DNA of 64,000 nucleotides from Perkinsus olseni (Eukaryota): NCBI GenBank assembly GCA_013115125.1, contig JABANN010000126.1, positions 1 to 64,000 of the forward strand, read 5' to 3'. Shown piece by piece: positions 50,601 to 61,550 of this stretch (position 1 is its first letter; each line of letters starts with the position of its first letter). The notes under the pieces were generated by a model. It saw only the letters and a program-made list of their open reading frames with translations, ran no database searches and was not told where the DNA came from. The position numbers and the translations under genes were made by a program.

Positions 50601-53600
50601 AATTTCAACAGGATATAGACGTTACGATCAAACAGCAGGTTTAAGTCGCTTCTAGCTGTAGTATAAATCGGTCGGTTCTATTGCAGTGAACGCTCCTCGT
50701 CAATGTCCCACTGAGAATTAATCTAGTGTAATCCTGAAATTGACAACAGTTGTCAATTTTTGAATCTGAGGTTGGTATGCCAGCCACAGGTAAGGCCCAA
50801 AGATACGAACGTCACTTGGCAACACGCATGTATCCCCAAACTTGACGAATCTAGTATCGGAGCATGAGAGCCGACGGCACCCCTCTGCAGTAGTAGTACT
50901 TCTGGGGCCATCGTCTTGGGTGTCCTACACAGTGTACCTGGGTGAGCCAAAAAATTTGCCGATAGTGATACTTTTCTATGGATTGTAACCGCCAGCCGAT
51001 CATCACCGTTCACCACTCGGCTGATTCCGAGATCGCGAACTTCGCAACCGTCCTCGATGCATCCAACGAAACCTGGAGAGGTTCGGCGCGAGAGAAAGGC
51101 CACATTGTTTCAACTACTAAAAGTACAAAATCCTCTGTAACAAAGAGTACTTTACTCTCGGGTTTGAAACGCCTGCGGACGATTCCTTTGCCATACATGT
51201 ATGCTATTGCGCAAAGACACTGCCGGGAAAAATGGCGCCCACATCTAAATACCTGCCCGAATCATCACCCCGCCGTCGGCTTGATGGCGCTTGGATCGGC
51301 TCAGAAGGGTGGTAGCATCCTAAAGACACCCACGGGCCCATCCGTCTGGGCCGTCAAGCGTGGCTCGTGACCCGTCAGTCCACCGAACCTTCGAGCCATC
51401 AAGTCCGCCTTCATGTCATGCTTGGCTCATTGCACCCTCTTCTCCTCATGGTACTTGGGGCTCAATTCTTGGGCAATGAAAGCCTGGGGTTGGCTTCCAT
51501 GACCTTTCCTATGCTCTTCAGCACCTTGCACGTACTTATGCTTTTGTAGCGAAAGTTTTGCTCCCTTTACCCACCCCTGCCGCATCCAGCAACCCCTCAT
51601 TGGTGGCTGGAGGAGCTCTGGCAGTCCCCCTCTTGGGTTTCCTCTTCCCTTGCGGCGTAACGCTTTTCTCATACTACCCACCCCTCCTCTCGAAGACCTA
51701 GGAAGAGTCCTCCAGGTACTACACAATAGTACAGTGCTCCTTTCCGTGCCATTTTGCTACTTCGAAGCTCTCAGCCTCTTCAGCGAACCTCTTGACTACG
51801 ACAGGCTGTCGTCGACAGCTTTCTCGGTGTCGCTGATCACTGATTTTTGTGGCATACGGGATATATACGTGTGGTCCGGAATGTCTGGAACCTGCACGGT
51901 TCGAGGGGGCCAATTTTTCGCTCGCCCAGATATATCAGTAACCGTTTCGGATATGACCATTCTGACTCAACATGCGATGGCTCGTGATGATAGCTATGCC
52001 CTGCGAATGTTTCCGCTTAAATCCATGCTGTCGAGAAATGAAAAATATGCGCATCTTGCCTAGGAAAAATGCACGCTCCTTATTGCTGAGTAGGGTCATC
52101 GGAATCTTTGTTAATGATGGTATAAGTCACACAGTGGAAGCCTTTCCATTAGGCGGCGATCGAGTCCTTCGTGAGGGCGGGTGCGCCTCGGGAGGCCCTG
52201 GACGTCATGTGCGACTCCCAGATGTGGGAGGCAGCTAAGGGATTGGCCACCACTGTCGACCAACGCCGTCTTCCCATGATACATCGTCAAGTTGCAATGG
52301 TAGGCGTTTGAGCTGGGTATGCTGTTGACCGCGGGGCTTAGGGTCTGGAAGATAAGGGAGACTACGAAGGGGCTCTGGCGAGTTATAAGGAGGCGATAGG
52401 GGAGGTGGATGAGTCGAGGGTTGAGGATTCGGCGGAGCATTTTCGAGCTTGCAACGCTGGACTTGCCAGGTGATGCTTCTGCTGGGAGCAGGGTCTCAGT
52501 TCTGTACTATCCTTGTGGCTGCATTGATTGCACTTGGCAGATAGTCGCGTGTGCACCAGAGTAGCTCATAGGCTGTCTACCTCACGGGATTTCGGCCCAG
52601 CCGCCCATCTATGAGGGAGCAACAACTAAAACATACCCACTTACCTTATGCGCGCATCGACACTCACAGCGTGTGCTTAAATAGTTGCGTTCTCCGGCCC
52701 TTGTGTTAGCATTGGATGTGTCGATCGTCGGCTGTAGCTATGCGATCATCATCATCATCATCATTATCCGTCGCCCGGCCTTTGACGAATCATCCTCGAT
52801 GTGATGCGGTAATCCCCTTCTGTAGGTGTCTGTGCTATTGTGGCATGTATGAACCGGCGGCTAGGCTATGCAAGAGGATCGCTAAGGAAGATATTCTGAT
52901 CGAGTGCGCGGGTATACTGGAGAGGATGAAGCAATATTCGCTAGCTGGGAGGTCATTTCGTGCGATGACAGGTGCCGGGTTCGAACCTGGGCCATTTAGG
53001 TTGCATCAGCGCCTTGGTAATTTAGAACGAGCGTGTAGTCTTTACATTCAGGACATGGACTTCGATGCTGCGAAGCCGTTGATGGACCAGGTATCTTTCC
53101 TCTCTGTGTAGAACCAGCATCAACCTTGGATACTGATGCAGGTATCAACTCCAAAATTACATCTACTCTATGCGAAGGCTAAGGAAGCGCGAGGCTTCTT
53201 TAAAGAAGCTGCAGCAAGCTACGAGAAAAGCGGCGACATGGAGTCTATCGTCAGACTGCTGGTCGATGAAAGTCACCTGAATGACCCGCGGAAGGCAATG
53301 GACTTGATAAGGAAAGGTAGGCGAAGTTTCGGCTCGTTCGATTCGGTCTACCAACTGTTAGAGGGAGCACGAAAGACGCGGAGATAGTTGGTCCATGGGC
53401 CCTATCTCGTTGTAGGGGGTGTAGTTGTAGAACGGAACGTAAGTAGATTGGGCTCATAGTGAACGGGGTAGAGCGAGGAGTACTAGAGAGAACCGGAGTT
53501 AATGACGGGACGCTAGTATGACGAAGCTAGTGAACACACATTTCAGTTGAGTTATGGAAACAGCGCACGTTTTATCTCTGGAACCGGACTCTTTTCATTC

Positions 53601-56600
53601 TGATCGGAGCCAAAGGCTTTCCAGTCCTGCCCTAGGCGAATACCACTACCCCTGGGGGACAGGAGGGTTGTGTTGACCCCACACAACACAACTAACTAGA
53701 ATACTCGCATTACATCGGTGGGTGTAGTGAGCTTCATCAGGGACTGCATCGTCGACCGGAGCTGCGGAGATCGTGGCCGACTACTGCCGTAGGGTGGGAG
53801 ACATCACGGGGTCGATTGAGTTCCTGGCGAGGGCGCGTCTTGATGAGATGGCGTTCGAGATGGCGGCTCGGCATGACCAGATGCCGGTGTATGAGAGAAC
53901 TCTTGCGGAGGTAGGGAGCTGGGCCGGAAACAGCGGTGGCTTCAATGGCAGTTCTTCTGTGATACGTGTTGCGGGAGTTACGGTACGGATTCTGCTGTAG
54001 CCATTCTTGTATAATGATGAAAGCAGGTAGTAACTGTGATGGGCAGTAGACGACTGAGGTCGATACTGGCCACGCATCGCAGTGAAAAGTTGATGCGTTC
54101 AGGCTTCGTTCCACGTTAGTCGTTCACTTCTTAATCCAGTGCCTTCACAGGGATGAAAGTTTGTTGCTTTCAGAGTGAAGGCTCGGATGAGTTGGTCAAG
54201 GAGAGGTATCGGAGTGTAGCTGGTTATTACAAGGAAAGGAACCTACCACTAGAAGCTGCGAAGAACTACGTTCTCTGCGGAGAGTAGGGCGGGGTCTGTT
54301 GCGGGGCCTGGAGCGAAATTCGACGAGGACATCCCGGCAAGGCGTATAATGGACCGAAACGACGCGACTGCTGCTGACGGTGGCATTGGGGATGGCCTGA
54401 TTACAGACTTCCGTGGCCAGGTACGAAGTAGCAATGGACCTCTGTTTGTCTCTGAACCAGACCAACGTGTCTGTCGACGATACCGCCGCATCGGTCGCTG
54501 GAGGGGGGCTGTGGAAGCTATCGCCGCATATGGACTTGGCTATCGACATAGCAGGGTGAGGGGGAAGCGCTCTCGGTTTACCAATGCGACCTGCGATTCT
54601 GATCGGGCTCCGCTTAGTGTAGAAGGAGCGGCTATTCCGCAGTATCTTAACGATTGCGAACTCTAGCGGGGAATGGTCGGGGGGATTTTCTCGAGATTGT
54701 GGTGCTCTGGTGCCACAAAAACATTCGAAACATCATTTGTTTGCTATTGCGACCCGTAACCTGACACTCTGCGCGGTGAGTTACTTCATGAGTAGCCACG
54801 GCGCATTTGCATTTACGCAGCGTCACTCACGCAAGAGTCGATTGAAGCGGAATTCCCGCTCCCCTATAGGATACGCATGCAAGGTTGACTGCTTGCTGGT
54901 TAGGCGATGTCATGACGAAGGGTTGGTGAACCGCCTGGTTGACCATCTGTTGAGGGCGAATGCAGGACTAGAAGACGACGAGCTGGGATATCACCAGGTG
55001 AGCTTCTCGCATGGGAAATGATCTCCTGATAGATCTGAATGAGTGTGGGGGGGAGGGGGAGCTTTGGATAATGATCTGGATCGGAGGCAAGCGAATCCTG
55101 TATTTTCAAATCCAGTCTTGGTATTGCTGTATTGAATGGGCCTTGAGTCTGAGCCAGTTTGGCTCCGGCTCGCCATTATTCTAGTGGCTAGTGTTCAGGC
55201 GTAAAGTATTGGGAATTGCAAATGCAGTCTCGGTATTGCTGTATTCAATGCGCCTCGAGTCTGAACCTGTTCGGCCCCGGCTCGCCATTGTTGTGATGAC
55301 TACTTGTCAGGCGCAGAGTATCTATAAGTTGCATCAAGTGTTGGGTAATTACGAAGAGTCCGCCCGTATAGCGATGCTCATCGCCAAGCGAGAGCAAGAC
55401 GAAGGCCGCTACAAAGCAGCTCAGTCGCTTCTGTTGAAAACCTACAAGGTGACAGCGGCAGCGACTTCGACTAGTCCACCCCAAGGGCTCTTTCTTAGGA
55501 CCTGGATCGACTGAAGATGAGGATACCGAGAGAGCTGTGGGAGCGTCTGATGCTATTGCAAAGCTACATTTTGGTGAAGCCACTAGCACAGCTAGATGAG
55601 CACGTTAATGCGGCGCTTTTGCTGAAGAGAATTTGCCAGGGTGGGTTAGCTGAGCATCGCGAGATGGTTGGACAGAGGCGTTTGAGATCTGTACGGATCA
55701 CAGGCAACGTGCTGGAGTCCTTCCGAAAGCACGCAGCTCAAACGTTGGCTTCGGCTGTGATCGAGTGCATGAAAAGTGGCATGAAGGCGGAGGCGCATGC
55801 TTATGCCTGTGAACTGATGAGGGATGCTGAATTGAGGAATCGGGTGAGAACCGTCGTTAAAGTAGCGCCTGTGGGGCGTCACGGGTTAGCTGATCAGTAG
55901 TCGTTTCTTCAATATTTACTTTGTTTTCTGATTGCGTCCGATCGTGAGATTCTCAAGACAAGAAGGTGGTGAAGGCCGTTGGTCAGCGTGCATCAATTTG
56001 CGTGCAGATACCGGAGCAGCTGAGAAAGAAAATCGAAGTGGTTGTGCGGAAGCCTCCGAAGGGGGACCAGCAGGCGTTCCAAGAGCCTCTCTCCCCCTGC
56101 CCATACTGTGCAACGCCGCTGCCCGACTCATCCCTGAGCTGCGGACATTGCCAGAGTATCATTCCCTTCTGTGCGGTGACTGGACTGCATGTGGTCCTGT
56201 CGGACTGGTCGTCTCCTTGTGGGAGCTGCTCGTTTCCGATGCGCTACTCGATGTTGGAGAGGATGCTGGTGAGTGGAACCTGATAGTTGTCGATTGCAAA
56301 CAATCTCGGTTTGCCTTGCTATGAAAAGTTCAGCGATGTAGATTTTTGACCGTGTGAGCTATCATCTTAGTATCGGTTAATTTTCTGCTGAAGCTTCGGC
56401 ATTCCCTACTTAGCTGTGTTCATTGGGCAGGGCGTATCTTTTGTCCTGCAAAGCGCTAGGTTCGACCTCGTCGGTAAGTTTCCTCCCTTTTCCATAGGCA
56501 CATGAGAAGTCTATTGTTTGCCCGATGTGTAGTGAGGAGTTGGCGGTATCGGCTGTGACCAAGTTGAGTCCCGAAGATGCACTTGAAGAGGCGGAGAAGT

Positions 56601-56650
56601 TCAAGCGAAACTTCACGCGGACGATGAGCACGCATGAGAACCGATCATGA
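44645..56650 (+). CDS. IFT144: Intraflagellar transport protein 144 (WDR19), many exons
   Basis: Spliced exons match WDR19 throughout: SFIAWNMTGPQLAIGTSKGN, GKHGRRITCGSW, YGSIVDYGWFGDERLCIGYS, GQEIF, STPKLHLLYAKAKEARG, LMLLQSYILVK, and the C-terminal CPYC...C..C..IIPFCAVTGLH and CPMC zinc motifs. Confidence 0.93.
50540..52080. mobile_element. 1.54-kb TIR element in an IFT144 intron, with TA target duplication
   Basis: Left aataagtagcgcgcatttttcttgggcaa (50536-50564) versus the reverse complement of 52056-52084: 25/29 identical, extending to about 50 bp. TA at 50538-39 and 52081-82. No recognisable transposase. Confidence 0.65.
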
Positions 56651-57408
56651 ATGTCTCTTGTGGAACGCTTTTTCTACTGGTCCTGTAGGCAGCTTTGGTT
56701 GCAGTTCAATCGTTGATCCAACGGCGTTGATCTTAGCGAAAAGCGGCTCCTTGCCGAGCAATTCGCTGATAAAAAATACGAAACTCGAGGAAAAAATCGA
56801 GGAATCGCCGAGGTAACCTTGGCAAGGTTATTGTTATTCATGCGGTAAAAAAGGAAACCTCGATCCTAAACTGGCTTTAATTTGCTTCTTGCCTTAGTAG
56901 CACGGTATAGAGGTTACTGGCTGAACCATAGTTCCTACGGGAGTGATGGAGTAGTGATTGGCGACGGGAGGCGGGCCGCAGAAATCATGATTCGTTATCT
57001 TATAATCACGGGTCGTATCCGAGTTATACCGCCGACATACTTCTTGAAATCACGGCTGGACCAGTCTATTCATGGCAAGGCAACAATAATGCAGGTACCA
57101 GCGCAAATACTGATACACTTGATTTTACGGGCCATGTAAACGCGTTGCAATCAGACAACCATTCTGTATCCCCCGACATACCGTTGCACTGGCAAACGAA
57201 ACAACAGACTTGCTGGGTTTCCTGCCTACTGGACAGTATTGCTAACGATGATATTAGACGAGCCAGTAAGGAAAGTGAAGAGCCAGCAGTTCTGGGCTTA
57301 AGCTGAATAAAGAGCCTGATAGATAGGTGAATAGGTGTCGCGTTCAAGTTGCGCTAAAAAACTGAATCGGGCCTGCCTTGTTAAGACAGAAGTATGGAAA
57401 GTTGAAAC

Positions 57409-58692
57409 TTATCGGCGGTATCCTCTCAGGACCGGGAAGTCAATGGCCATCTCGACGGCTTTCAGCGGGTTCAGAGCACCAGCGTTCTTCTTCAAGGGCA
57501 TGCCGGGGGTGGTGAACCGATCGACGTTGTGGGCGAGGATCCCGGCGACGTACTTGGGCTTAACGCCCATGGAGAGCATGAGCGCGGCTGCTCCAGAGAC
57601 GATGGGACAGGAGAAGGACGTCCCCGAGGCGTAACCATTATTGCCGGTGTAGATGTACTGGCCGTAGGCAGCGATATCGACGTAACCACCATAGTTGCTC
57701 CAGGAATATAGTTCTAGATCGTCTTGATACTTGAGAGCAGCCACACAGAGCACGCCGGGGATCGGGCATGGGTAATGCATGTCAGCTGGCAGTCCATCGT
57801 TACCGGCGGAGGCGACGACAATGATACCCTGGTCAGTAGCTGCTTTGAAGGCCTTGCCGAGGACCCGGTCCGCGAAGCTCCTTGATATGAAATAACCCAG
57901 TGAGATTGATACGATATCAACTCCGATATCGACCGCCATCTCCATAGCCTCAGCCATATGCCACCAGCTACCATACCCATCTTCGTTTTGGGTTCTCAAA
58001 GACACCAGACGCACATGGTTTGACATGCCGGCCATATCGTGGTTATCGTTCCTCCGGGACGCGATAAGTTTGGCACACATCTGGCCATGCTGATTGACCG
58101 AGGAGAAGTTCGAGGTGTCGTTCACGAAGTTCCACCCACCGTCAACGATCCCACCGCTCTTCGTACGGAAGATACCCCGATAGGGAGCAATATCGGGATC
58201 GCTGAAGTTAAGGCCGCTGTCCATAACCGCTACGCTCACGGTCTGCCTCGCGTAGGGCGCAGACTTTTCCCAAACTTCCTTCATGTTCATCCTCTCGAAT
58301 GCTTTCTGATGCTCAGCGTTGGGGTCATTCACGCCGAGCTTGTTGCCGGTGCTCTCCTCCCTGGTGGTGTAGTTAGGAGCGCAATCATACTCCAGATCGT
58401 GTAGCTTAGAAGCAGCGTCCTTCACGTAGTCACAGAGAGCGGTGCAGCTCACCGTGTCGTCGGAGGTAGAGACCACCTGCAAGCCCGAGTACTTCAGAGT
58501 CTTGATTGTTGCCGTCTTGAGGAAGGCTGCCATAGCAGTGTTGGACGCGAGCTTGGCGGCTTCGAGACGCTGCGGGATGTCCTTGACGTCGACGAAGGTA
58601 TCGTCGGAAGTGATCGACACGATAGTCTGGCTGTCGTAAACTTCTGTGGAGCTCGATGCGGCTATGAGCGGAAGGAAAGAGAGAAGTTTCAT
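57409..58692 (-). CDS. Secreted subtilisin-like serine protease (S8), 427 aa, intronless
   Basis: Signal peptide, prodomain, catalytic motifs VAVMDSG, HGQMCA, oxyanion ASAGND and SGTSFSCP. Confidence 0.95.
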   Translation of the reverse strand: MKLLSFLPLIAASSSTEVYDSQTIVSITSDDTFVDVKDIPQRLEAAKLASNTAMAAFLKTATIKTLKYSGLQVVSTSDDTVSCTALCDYVKDAASKLHDLEYDCAPNYTTREESTGNKLGVNDPNAEHQKAFERMNMKEVWEKSAPYARQTVSVAVMDSGLNFSDPDIAPYRGIFRTKSGGIVDGGWNFVNDTSNFSSVNQHGQMCAKLIASRRNDNHDMAGMSNHVRLVSLRTQNEDGYGSWWHMAEAMEMAVDIGVDIVSISLGYFISRSFADRVLGKAFKAATDQGIIVVASAGNDGLPADMHYPCPIPGVLCVAALKYQDDLELYSWSNYGGYVDIAAYGQYIYTGNNGYASGTSFSCPIVSGAAALMLSMGVKPKYVAGILAHNVDRFTTPGMPLKKNAGALNPLKAVEMAIDFPVLRGYRR

Positions 58693-58899
58693 CGCGGCAA
58701 ATTAATAGAAAACTGAAAGGCGCCTACAGTCCCAGTCTCGAAGAATAAAGAGGATTCAGGAGACTTCAGCCGAGGGTGTCCCCGGTGAGCGTCTCGTCTA
58801 GCCCCTGAAAACGTCGCGTCTCTGAGACGGCGTTTCAGAGACGCCCGTCTCTGTGACTTTGTGCGAGGCCCCTTTGGACTTCACCCGCACTTCTTAGCC

Positions 58900-59311
58900 C
58901 CAAAATGTTGGCGACACCTGATAAACATCTTGAAGATGGCGCTAAGGATCACTCAGCGGTCATCGCCGGCGTTTGCGTGGCAAGTTCCTGTCCGAGACTG
59001 GCGCGAGCTGGGCGCGCCGCGTCAAACGGGAGACGGTCCTTCCGAGGCAGTCTCTGCCTGCCGCGGGACGGCAGCCCGTCCCTGAGGCTTTGTGCAGGGT
59101 CTCTTGGTTCTCACCTGCAGCTGCTAACTCGAAAATGTTAAGTGCCCGCGACACCAAATGAAAATTTCGGATTGGAGATGGCGTTGAGGGTCGATGGCGT
59201 CTGCGTGGCGATTCCCTGTCGGAGACTGGCGCAAGATGGGCGCGCCACGTCAAGCGAGAGACGGTCTCTCCGATACAGTCTCCGGCTGCCGAAGGATTGC
59301 AACCCGTCTCC
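58900..59311. repeat. Diverged ~230-bp tandem duplication in the divergent intergenic region
   Basis: 58900-59083 and 59131-59311 share aaaatgtt, gcgacacc, gagactggcgc.ag.tgggcgcgcc.cgtcaa.cg.gagacggtc. Confidence 0.8.
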
Positions 59312-59375
59312 AGCTTCTACTGCTTACTTTCCTCCTCATATCCCTCCCTCGCAGGAATTTTTACAACTTTCTCAC

Positions 59376-61550
59376 ATGGGCTACCTCTCCTCTATAATCG
59401 GTTGCCTAAGCCTCATCGCAAGCGCTCGTGCCTCCCACCCAGCGGGCACCTACGCCTGCAGAGCGTCCGCTGACTCTGGTGGTACTCTGGTCTTCGCCGC
59501 CGACCAGCAGACCGTCCGCCTGAGCATATCCCTCGGCCGCTGCAGCGCTTCCGCTGACGTCCCCTATACTATGACGGCTATCGGTGGTTCTGGCAACGAG
59601 TTCTGGGTGGAACCAGACTACAGCTCGACTAACTTCAAGACGGCCGTCAACAACTGCGGGTATTCTACTATTCATGGTGACTCCTTCAACAGACTTCGGG
59701 TCGAGTCCAGGGACGGTGTGTCGATGAGCGACATTACCGTTAACGTTGGTAGCGGGTCAACATGGGAGTTCTGGTTATCTAGCCGCCCAGCCCCCACGGC
59801 ACCAGCAACTACTGCTCCGACTCCCAGGCCTCTGACGCAGCTGTATCCTATCGGCGCCTACGGTTGCAGAGGGACAGGCCAATACGGTCGTTTGGACTTC
59901 GAGCAAGATAAACAGGTTTTCCGCATCAGCGCCACGCTTGGCAGCTGTGGTGCTACCGCTGATAACGTCCCCTACACCATGACCCCCATCCAGGGTTCTG
60001 ACCACGAGTACTGGTTGACGCCTGATTACAGCTCTACTGACTTCAAAGCGCGCCTGGCTGCCTGCGGAGTGGCTACCACCTTCTTCGACAGCTTCCACGT
60101 CGAGTCCAACAATGATGTTCTCATGCGCGACATTGTTATCAGCGAAGCCAGTGGGTCTCCGTGGAACTGCTGGTTGGCCAGTGGTCCCACCCGTCCCGTA
60201 CCAGGCCCAACGGAGAGGCCTCCACCGGTCCACACTACACCCCGCGCCCCGGCAACTACACCCCGCGCGCCGGCAACTACACCCCGCGCCCCGGCTACTA
60301 CACGTGCGCCGGCAACTAGACCTCCCGCACCACCGGCGTCGGGCCACCCCGAGGGAAGCTTCTATGTCTCCGTTAATGAGAAGTCTGGCGGGTCTTTGGT
60401 GTTCCATCAGCAACAGCAGACTCTCTCTATTGTTATTCGGCTGGGTGACTGTGTCGCGTCTGCCTATAACGTTCCCTATGGTATGGTCCCTAGCACTAAC
60501 GGTCGTTACTGGGTTGTCCCCGACTACAGGTCGACGAACTTCAATACGAAGCTCGACAGCTGCAACGACAAGGTTGTATCAAGTGTCGGCTTCCGGCGTC
60601 TCGAAGTATCTTCGACCGGTGGCGTGTCGATGAATTTGGTCACTGCTTCCATCCTGGATGACGTAGAATGGGTTTTCAGACTCGCTGGCGCTCCGCCGCC
60701 CCGTCCGACCCACCCGACGCAATCTCCTGCTACTCCGACTCATGAGACTCACCCCGTGGGCGTCTACCAGGGTGAGGGTAGTTCGAGCTCTGGTAGCACG
60801 ATCGAGTTCTACGAGAACTTCAAGCTCATGAGCCTGACCTTCAGGGCCGGTAGTTGTACTGCTGCTGCCCACAGCATCCCCTATCATATAGCCTATATCC
60901 GTAAATATTCAGGGGGCGTTCTGGAGGACGAGTTCGTTGTGGTGCCTGACTTGCGTGGCACACACTTCGAGACGCAGTTGGTCAATTGTGGCGTCACTGA
61001 TCTGCCAAGCTTAGCCTTGGAAAATCTGATAGTGAGTTCCAAGAAGGGCGTTCCGATGAGCGAAGTTATCCCGCACAACACTAATGGATGGGAATTCGAA
61101 CTGCGTGGTGCTCCCTCTCCGCCGCCACCGACGACAACTCCTATCCCCACGACTACTTCACCGACCCCTACGGCTCCGACTAAGCCTCACCCATATGGTC
61201 TGTATGACGGTCAGACGACCGGAGCCACAGGAGAATTGGTGTTCCTACAGGAGCCTGGCAACTTCACCATGCACATCACGCTTGGTGGTTGCAGTCTCAA
61301 CTTCGACGATATCCCGTACGAGATGGTTGAGGAGAATGGTGTCTCGTGGATGAAGGCTGACTACAGCTCCACTACTCTGGCTCATACTCTGAGGAACTGC
61401 AGATTCTACGCCAACTCAAGATACGAACTTGAGGACCTCGAGAAGATCGAGTTCAGGGACGCGCAGGATCCGCTCAACCAGCAGTTGGTCATTTACAGAC
61501 TGTCCAGGACAAATGGCATGAGAGAGGGGAAGGTCTTCGGCAACAATTAA
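59376..61550 (+). CDS. Secreted modular protein (724 aa): five ~110-aa Cys-containing repeats joined by Pro/Thr-rich linkers
   Basis: Signal peptide MGYLSSIIGCLSLIASARA. Repeats start H/YP.G.Y and contain G.C.....VPY.M and W..PDY.ST.F.....C. Linker includes (TTPRAPA)3. Confidence 0.9.
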   Translation: MGYLSSIIGCLSLIASARASHPAGTYACRASADSGGTLVFAADQQTVRLSISLGRCSASADVPYTMTAIGGSGNEFWVEPDYSSTNFKTAVNNCGYSTIHGDSFNRLRVESRDGVSMSDITVNVGSGSTWEFWLSSRPAPTAPATTAPTPRPLTQLYPIGAYGCRGTGQYGRLDFEQDKQVFRISATLGSCGATADNVPYTMTPIQGSDHEYWLTPDYSSTDFKARLAACGVATTFFDSFHVESNNDVLMRDIVISEASGSPWNCWLASGPTRPVPGPTERPPPVHTTPRAPATTPRAPATTPRAPATTRAPATRPPAPPASGHPEGSFYVSVNEKSGGSLVFHQQQQTLSIVIRLGDCVASAYNVPYGMVPSTNGRYWVVPDYRSTNFNTKLDSCNDKVVSSVGFRRLEVSSTGGVSMNLVTASILDDVEWVFRLAGAPPPRPTHPTQSPATPTHETHPVGVYQGEGSSSSGSTIEFYENFKLMSLTFRAGSCTAAAHSIPYHIAYIRKYSGGVLEDEFVVVPDLRGTHFETQLVNCGVTDLPSLALENLIVSSKKGVPMSEVIPHNTNGWEFELRGAPSPPPPTTTPIPTTTSPTPTAPTKPHPYGLYDGQTTGATGELVFLQEPGNFTMHITLGGCSLNFDDIPYEMVEENGVSWMKADYSSTTLAHTLRNCRFYANSRYELEDLEKIEFRDAQDPLNQQLVIYRLSRTNGMREGKVFGNN

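Noticed and set aside
53575-53690. Hammerhead or HDV-like ribozyme (minus strand GAAAGCCTTTGGCTC)
   Set aside because: A stem III-like part is present, but there is no CUGANGA core and I could not build an HDV pseudoknot.
44645-56650. Non-canonical splice sites or an alternative genetic code explaining ORF fragmentation
   Set aside because: The junctions I reconstructed are GT-AG and restore frame with the standard code.
59142-59375. N-terminal 78 aa of the 802-aa ORF call
   Set aside because: Non-ATG start inside the duplicated intergenic repeat; the signal peptide begins at ATG 59376.
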